Assembly: GCA_000708835.1 (NCBI GenBank)
Contig: DF237247.1
Span: 1 to 64,000, forward strand
DNA: 64,000 nt
Source: Klebsormidium nitens
Taxonomy: Eukaryota > Plantae > Klebsormidiophyceae
Direction: 5' to 3'
Part shown: piece by piece, positions 57,141-64,000 of the stretch
How the letters are laid out: each line of letters opens with the position of its first letter
Position numbering within the stretch: position 1 is the stretch's first letter
Notes under the pieces: generated by a model
What the model saw: only the letters and a program-made list of their open reading frames with translations
The model's database searches: none
What the model was told of the DNA's origin: nothing
Translations under genes and position numbers: made by a program

Positions 57141-60100
57141 TTCGGCCCCGAGCAATGCGCCGCGTCGCCGATGAGAACTGCCTGGCCCCGGGGGTCGTGA
57201 TACTGGCTGCACTTCAACTGCAGCGTTGGAACGATTGCGTCACTTGAGCCGTCATTTCCGAATCCTTCATTTCCTTCCGTTCCTCATTGACTCGTTAGCC
57301 GTTGGTCTGGGCTGTGTCACCTCTCGACAAGATATCGGGAAGTGGGCTGTTCACCTCTCGACACGAAATCAATTTTCGATAAAACCGAACCGTTCAAGGC
57401 TTGCGGGCGGAAGTGGGTTTAAAAACCTGAGACGCTGGAGGAATTGGTACTTTTCCGAGGCCGGAAGCTGCAAGGATTCGCGTTTCTGGATTGTGACATC
57501 ATCCGCTGTCTTGCTGTTTACCAGCTTATCGAATGCTATTCAGCAACAGTCATAGCCCGCAAGAAAGCCCTGAAGCATCCTAGGATTGGTTCTCAATGAC
57601 ACTCCTCAAACGAATGGTTTACAGCCACCTCAAAGCCGCGCGCGGGTCGCTGCGCCTTGAGCCGCGCGGCCGCGTCTTCGGGAACCTCGAGCCACGGGAA
57701 CGTCTCCTCCAGGAACCGTTTCGCGTCCCGGGGGGTCTGCTGGGCGTGCCATTCCGCCGGAAAGGTTCCGGTCGGCCACTTGAGGATGAACGACATGGAT
57801 GAATGCTCCGGGTCCGGACTGCAGGCGATTCCGCTGATTAAGAATCTAAACTCGATCTTCGGATCACGTTGGCCGGAAAAAGGATCAAAATTCAGGATGA
57901 GAAAAGTTGAGGAAGAAGAAGCGAGGAAGGAGGCAAATTTGCCTCTGGTCGGAGGTTAGGAAGAATAGAAGACGAGAAGCACGAGAGAACAAACACACGA
58001 GATTCCGTAGCTCACAGACAAGGAGAAATTGAGGAGATTAGACAGGGTCCAGAGCTTCCCTACGACTCCTCGATTACTTCGCTTTGTTAGGATGAAGCTC
58101 CTTCCCGGCGGGGAGTGATCAAACCACTGGCGATTCAAAGCAACGGGTAGAATGTGAGGAGCACGTATAGAGGAGTTCGCTTCCGTTGGACAATCCCTGC
58201 AACTTAGAATAGCCCCCCTTGAACTTACCTCGTCCCTGACACCGCCAAGCGCAAAGTAACGAAGAAACGAAAAAGGAGACAAACAATACCTAACAACGCC
58301 AAGCGCAAAGTTATAATGAAATGACAAGGGAAATATACAACCAAAACAGTCTTCTCACATTGGGCTTGGCAGCATGATTCCGTGCAGGCCTTTCTTGCGG
58401 TATCCGATGACGATGACGACATCGTGACGTACTTTGGGCGGGACTGGAATGTTCGCCACGACCCAATCGGTTCCCAGGTCCTTCTGCTCGTACTCGAAGC
58501 TGGAAGGAACGGGACCTGTAGCTTAGGGGCCGCTCCGTGTCCGTCTTTCACACAACGTTTTCGTACTTGGGTTTCCCAACCTTATTCGCGGCTTCGTCAT
58601 TTGGTTCGTTTGAGTAACCCTGTTCTTCTCCGGTTCGGCAAGCGTGCGTCAAACTAAGCCGAAAACGCGATTCATCGCCTTTGAAAGCCTAGAATTGGTG
58701 TGGACAGTCGGAAGCTTTGCCGCTTTTGGAAGAAGCGAAAGCGTGGAAAGACGTGCAAACCAATCAAGGCTAAGAATCCCAGAGAGATTGACACCGGGTC
58801 TGCTCGTGCATAGAGCCGAACCTGGCACCGCCCAAACAATCTGTATAGAAAAAGACGTGGCTCTCCAATCGGCATCCGGTTGACAGACTTCTCGTCGTTG
58901 ACTAAATCCGCTGTGGACTCAATGTTAATGCCTCCTACCAGAGGGTCGCCCATAACCCAGCGTGGTTAAGGAAGTAACTAATTCAATCTGTGCGACTGTC
59001 GGCATTCGAACGATCGAAGAAAAGCGTTACCTCGGCAGGTGCTGCATGACGGCGCTTCTCACAACCGAGCGCGCCCCATCTGCGCCCACCAGCAAGTCTT
59101 ACTCCTTCTCAATGTGAACCGGCTCCGCTCCCGCCGGTGCGGTGTGAATTGCATCCGCTCCCGCAGACGGTTCGCTTAAGTTCCGTTGATCCCGCTTTCC
59201 GTTCCGAGATCCGTTCCTTATTCTTCCTTCGTCTCCCGTTCCACTTCGCCTTCCGTTCCCCTTCGACAATCCGTTTGCATCTCCGTTCTCCGTCCCGTTC
59301 TGGCCGCCTTGATTTTTAACTCCCGTTCCGTTTGCCTTTCCGTTCCCCTTCGACTCTCCGCTTCGGTTTCCGGTTGCCGTTCCGTTTTGTCCGCTAAAGT
59401 GGCACCGGAAGTCGGGCGAGCCGGCGAAGCGCGCGCGGCGGCGCTCGAGGTCGACGCCGGTGCAGCGGTGTTCGAAATGGACGTCCAACAGGCCGGAGGC
59501 TCCATACCTGATTCCCCCAGAAAAGGGATAGGTTCCTAACGGCCCTTGTTAGAGCGCAGCAAACGATTTTGCCTCCTTTTGCTCTGCTTCAAGCATAAAG
59601 CTTCCTTGGCTGAGCGAAAGGGCAAGGGTGAAAGGACGAAAGTCCGGCACAAGGTTTAAGCAGAGCGCAGACGCCCTAAAGATTTGATTGCACAGCTAGA
59701 TCCGCAACCACATAATCGATGATGGGACCATCTCTCAAGGCAGAACGGACTAGAACGAAAAGGCCGACACATTCAGAAGCTTCCGGCTCACCAGCGGTTT
59801 CAGATTCCAACCCTATCACCTTGCAAGAGAGGGTCTTGCAAAGAATGTCTATTTCTTCGGCAGCGCAATGTCGAGTTGCGTCCCAGCGCACCTTTCCAAG
59901 AGCAGCGTCAGCATTGCGGCGCACATCATGGCTCGGTCGTTCATGGTTGCGCGCACCTTCTGGTTGGGACGCAGGAGGTCGAACAGGTGTCCGAACAGGT
60001 AGATGCTGCGATGATCGATCTCGATCGCACATGCCTGTAGCCAAAATGACAGCTGTCAGGATCAGCATCTTGTTCTCCAGCACACGACAAACAGAGGTTG

Positions 60101-62024
60101 AAAAACATGCTATTCTGTCGGCCCATGGGTGGAGTAACGGGTTAGGTCTCTCAGTTGATCACTGTGAAACCGACTGAAAAACAGCAGCTGCTGTATGAAA
60201 CAGCATGTAATGGCAGCACGTAATGACTCACACAGTGCCTTTCTGGAGCAACCCAAGCTGAATGAAAATACTCGAGAAAACTATCAGAGCTTATGCAGGT
60301 GACTGGCCATTCAGGACAAAGAGGATGCTTGTGCAGAACTTCGGTGAGTGGATCCCGTTGGCACAACCAGCAAAAATGCATAGTCTCAGATGTTCAAGTC
60401 CAGCCCAGTTCTTTGACCTTGACAAAGTGCAAGCTTGTAGTAATAGTTCCGCACCTTGACAGCTGCTCGTGAGCTCACTTTGTTTTGAGCAAGAAAAAAG
60501 TGGGACCTCCTCAACAGTGAAATGCGTCTTTGGCTCACTTTGACAGCTTCCCACAACCCAGGCACTCCTTGGAGGGCCAGCCCTTTGGCGGCAATGCCAA
60601 TTCAGTACCTACAGCGAGGCCAGCTTTGAGTGGGTAAGTGAAAGCAATCTCGGACGTGCAGTAGGATTGGCCATTTATGTCCAACTAGTCAGCCAGCTGA
60701 GGAGAGGGGTTATGCAGATCAAGCAAGTCAAGGAGGCCTCTCGCTTTGCTCAAAGGGACGGGCACTTGGAGGTCCTCAGGGTACTCAAGAAACTTCATGG
60801 GTTCCATGCATCTGTTTCTCACCAGACAACAAACATGCGCTGCAAACCCAATGATCATCTGCGGAGCACCCTATGGAGCACGGTGCCACAGCTGTGTGAT
60901 TAACATGTTAACATTCAAATCCCAACAATCATTGTGAAGATCAGCAGCATTGTCATTCCCAAGCTGCACCTTCCACAACCGATTAGGATAGCCTAAAACA
61001 TCACTCCCGCACATCATATCTCTACACCCCAACAATGCCAAAACCCTAGAACCTCAAACCATACATTGCCCAGCCCACCTACGGTGTGTCGGTGGTCGCT
61101 GCGCCGTCTCCCGCGGGTCCTCTGCTCCATCAAACATTGAGATTCTGAATCGCCCATTTCCTTTGTCGAGTAGATAGTGGGCCAAAACAAGGCCTGCCGG
61201 TCCTGCCCCTACGATGACCACGCGCATGGGCTGATCCGGGCTTGGCAGGCGAGGCCCTGTTTCCTTGTCGCGCACCATATCTATTAAGCCCAATAGGGTG
61301 ATGGTAACCCGCTTTAGCTGACACAAGAAAGCTTCTTCTCAACTAGACTCCAAAACAAGTTAAAGAATGCCTGTCCGGTCCCTTCGAAAAGGGCAATCCG
61401 AAAAGAAGACCTCAGGAAGTTTTCAGATATAAGTGGACCTAGAAAATGTCGAGCGTTTCTCTTGGCGAGGGTATGTAGGGGTGAGCAGATCTGAAGATGT
61501 GGTTTTGCAAGGCGTGTGCTTGCAATGAATTTACGCCGAACCTGCTCTGCCGATGTCCGATCAGCACCAATGCATCTGAAAAAGGATTATGAGGGGATTG
61601 CAAGGACAAGCAGAGCAGAACATTCAGAGACAGGGTGCTCTTTCTAAAAGCTTGCATCTCTATTGCCACTCAGCAGAGCAAATCTGTGTAATGGTCAGGC
61701 CAACAAGCACCCGTATGAGACTCCAATAAGACCGATTTGAGTAAAAATTGAAAGTTTCCCATATCTAGCTGACTGGTGGGCAGCTCAATGTGATCAGCTC
61801 AATGTACGTTACTCAAGAGGCAAGAAGGTTGATTTTGACCAGCTTCAAACTTCTGTGTCCGGTTAGGAACAGCTGCCGACATGCCCTGCATTCACTACCT
61901 AGCATAGTGTCTTGCTTGGACACATCGGTCAGCTTGAATCAAGATCTCCCTGCAAGGTAGAAGCATTCATGGCAGGGATATCTTTCCTATGTCCACTTGT
62001 GCCGCATTGCAGGAGTTTCTCACA

Positions 62025-64000
62025 GGAGAAAATAGAAGTAGAAGTTCGAGACTGAGAAACCACCTCCAGGACTTTCGCCGTCGGAGGGGTTTCCAAAGCG
62101 GTGCATGATCAGATCGTCGTGTATTATGCACATCAACTCATAAATTTAAAATTACTCTGCTCCGAGATCGAAGCGGATAGCACCAGCAAGCAGGTCAAAA
62201 CTGTTGTGAAAACGACAACACTTCTTTCGACGCTTTCGATACAAACCCGCAAGCGGCGGTCGACGTTGAGCCTGGCCAGTTCTTCCCGGCTTGCTCAATG
62301 ATGATGACAGCCGGATCTAACGACACAACTAACGTCAAGAATACGGAGTGCTCGGGGGACTGCTAGGTTGAGTTTGGTTAGATGGGGTTTTGGGCACATA
62401 CTACCGGTACATACTACCCACTGGGGCAACGGACAAAGTTCCCGAAATAAATTTTGGTAGAGTTGGAGACGAACGATCGAGACCGTCGATCGACCAGAAC
62501 GGTACCCACCGCCAGGAATTCGACCAGACGACCCGTACCAGTTGTCCGATACTGGTACGAGGACCGGACCTAGTACCACGACTTCAACCGGGCACTCGTA
62601 CTAGCCTCACAACCCGTCCCTGGTAAATTTGGTAGTGTCGAGACTTTACGGTCGGACCGTCGGATGAGCAATCCGACGGCCGAATATGTCTTTTGATCGG
62701 CTGACACTGTGCACGCGAAAACCCTCCAATGTCACGAACCAACTTTTTAAGCAACCCAATACAACGCTTTCAAGATAACGGAGGCCGCAAACTCAAAAAG
62801 GTCACCATGCCGATTGCGCAAATGTCCACCAAATGTTGTGCTGATTAGTGCCAACATTAGCACGCATATAGACGAGGCTTCATTGCAATTTACAGCTTCT
62901 GAAAAGATGGAAAGACCTGAAAATAAGAGTAGGCTGCCTACAATGCTTAGCGACCCCTAGCTCTTAATCGTGAACATTCAAGACTGCCGTCGGCCGTGCT
63001 TCAAAATACGCAGTAAGGCGTCGCAAAATCACTCTTACAAATTTGACTCCGGCCAAGACTCGACCGGTGACGTCATCAGTTCCGACCGTACGACTCCAAT
63101 TTTGTACGGCCCGTGGGCCGGCGACACTACCTCGACTCGATGACGATTGATTTGGACCAAAACTTTCGCCGGACGGGACTTGACACAATGCCAAACTGGC
63201 CGACCAAGTTCGTCCTAGATGTCTACCCCTCCAGTGAGGGCGGACTGGTCGTGCTTAGGGTCAAGTCACAAAGCACTGACAGTGTGTTAGGGTTACGCCC
63301 CTTCCCTGTGACGGTTTGTTAGGGCTACATTCCTTCCCTGTGACTGCTCTCCGATTAGGGTTCCCACTAACGGCAGAGCCATTGGTCTTAGGTTTTTAGT
63401 GTGCTTTGAGGCTACCCGACCAGGTCTGAGTGTCCAATCACGTCCGGACCGTTGAGTACCGCGTCCGATTCTACCAAAATCTATTCAGCAACTTTGTGCC
63501 TCTTGCCACGCTCGGTAGCCCTGCTGGGCTCTCTTGAAACATATTGGTTTAGGCCTTTTAACACTTTGGTTATGTTTGTATCCCCGGGCACCACTCTAGC
63601 TTTTTCAACATGCAAGGCGGCAAGCCCTTGGACCACAATCGAAGGTCGCCGGTCCACCGGCTCGGCTCCCCCGACCCCCCCGGCTGAGTTTGCTTGGCGC
63701 AGTTTAGAACAAGAAACCCTAACTAAAAGTTAACCCTGTCCGTCACATAAGAACTTCTAATCCTCTTCTCGAACTCATTGGTGTTATGCTTGATTTCAGG
63801 AGGATAGAGTTTTTCGCCTTCCATCTACATCGTTCACATAAACCCCAATGTCGAAAGCTCTAGGCTGTTATGCCGCCCAGGTCTCGGCCCCGGGTTCCAG
63901 TGCCGGGCCGGTTGTAGAATCAAGGTGCCGCGTCTGCTTCTTACGTGACACGTCACCGTCAGAAGTCTTGGGACCGAAACGCTCTGGTAACCAAAGAGTG
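62025..64000. other. Segment with mirror-inverted sequence composition (reads naturally only as complement or reverse)
   Basis: Hand count 62401-62700: 30 CG vs 6 GC, against 4 CG vs 19 GC in intronic 43441-43740. The complement contains acceptor-like TTGATTGCAG and open protein-like stretches. Confidence 0.65.

Larger units (their letters stand above)
54952..61278 (-). pseudogene. Kynurenine-3-monooxygenase-like FAD monooxygenase with two in-frame stops
   Basis: VVIVGAGPAGLVLA; DLLVGADGARSVVR; FLEETFP; KCSQYH...VLIGDAAH...GQGCNIGMQD; LERYSALRVPEGHAL.DLS; LHKWVPWL. TGA at 60604-60602 and TAA at 59101-59099 fall in frame in the spliced model. Confidence 0.8.

Noticed and set aside
63255-63363. 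Four TTAGGG hexamers suggesting interstitial telomere repeats
   Set aside because: Dispersed rather than tandem, and inside the mirror-composition segment where they would be AATCCC.

Overview
Eukaryotic genomic DNA with GT-AG introns. The gene set (LSD1-type zinc finger, DOMON-cytochrome b561, flagellar DLEC1/CFAP81) points to a flagellated streptophyte alga, Klebsormidium-like (inference). Bases 1 to ~15,130 look like a fragment of an endogenous giant virus (NCLDV): densely packed short genes including viral-type TFIIS, an OTU-like protein, a Lys-rich basic protein, T5orf172, an F-box-like protein, a repeat-built fibre-like protein cut off at the right edge, and a Fanzor2/TnpB 3' remnant with a structured downstream region. 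Three of these genes carry spliceosomal introns. A host-style gene with a plastid-transit-like N-terminus and a PD-(D/E)XK-like motif sits inside this block, in frame with the Fanzor remnant and separated from it by one TAA. From ~17.8 kb on there are host genes: DLEC1, DOMON-b561, LSD1/LOL1, an uncharacterised multi-exon helical protein and a KMO-like FAD monooxygenase with two in-frame stops. Two pervasive oddities: (i) introns filled with serial, decaying tandem copies of the neighbouring exon ends in five genes; (ii) non-coding segments, most clearly 62.0-64.0 kb, that only read like normal DNA when complemented without reversal. All calls come from motif recognition and hand translation; no searches were run.
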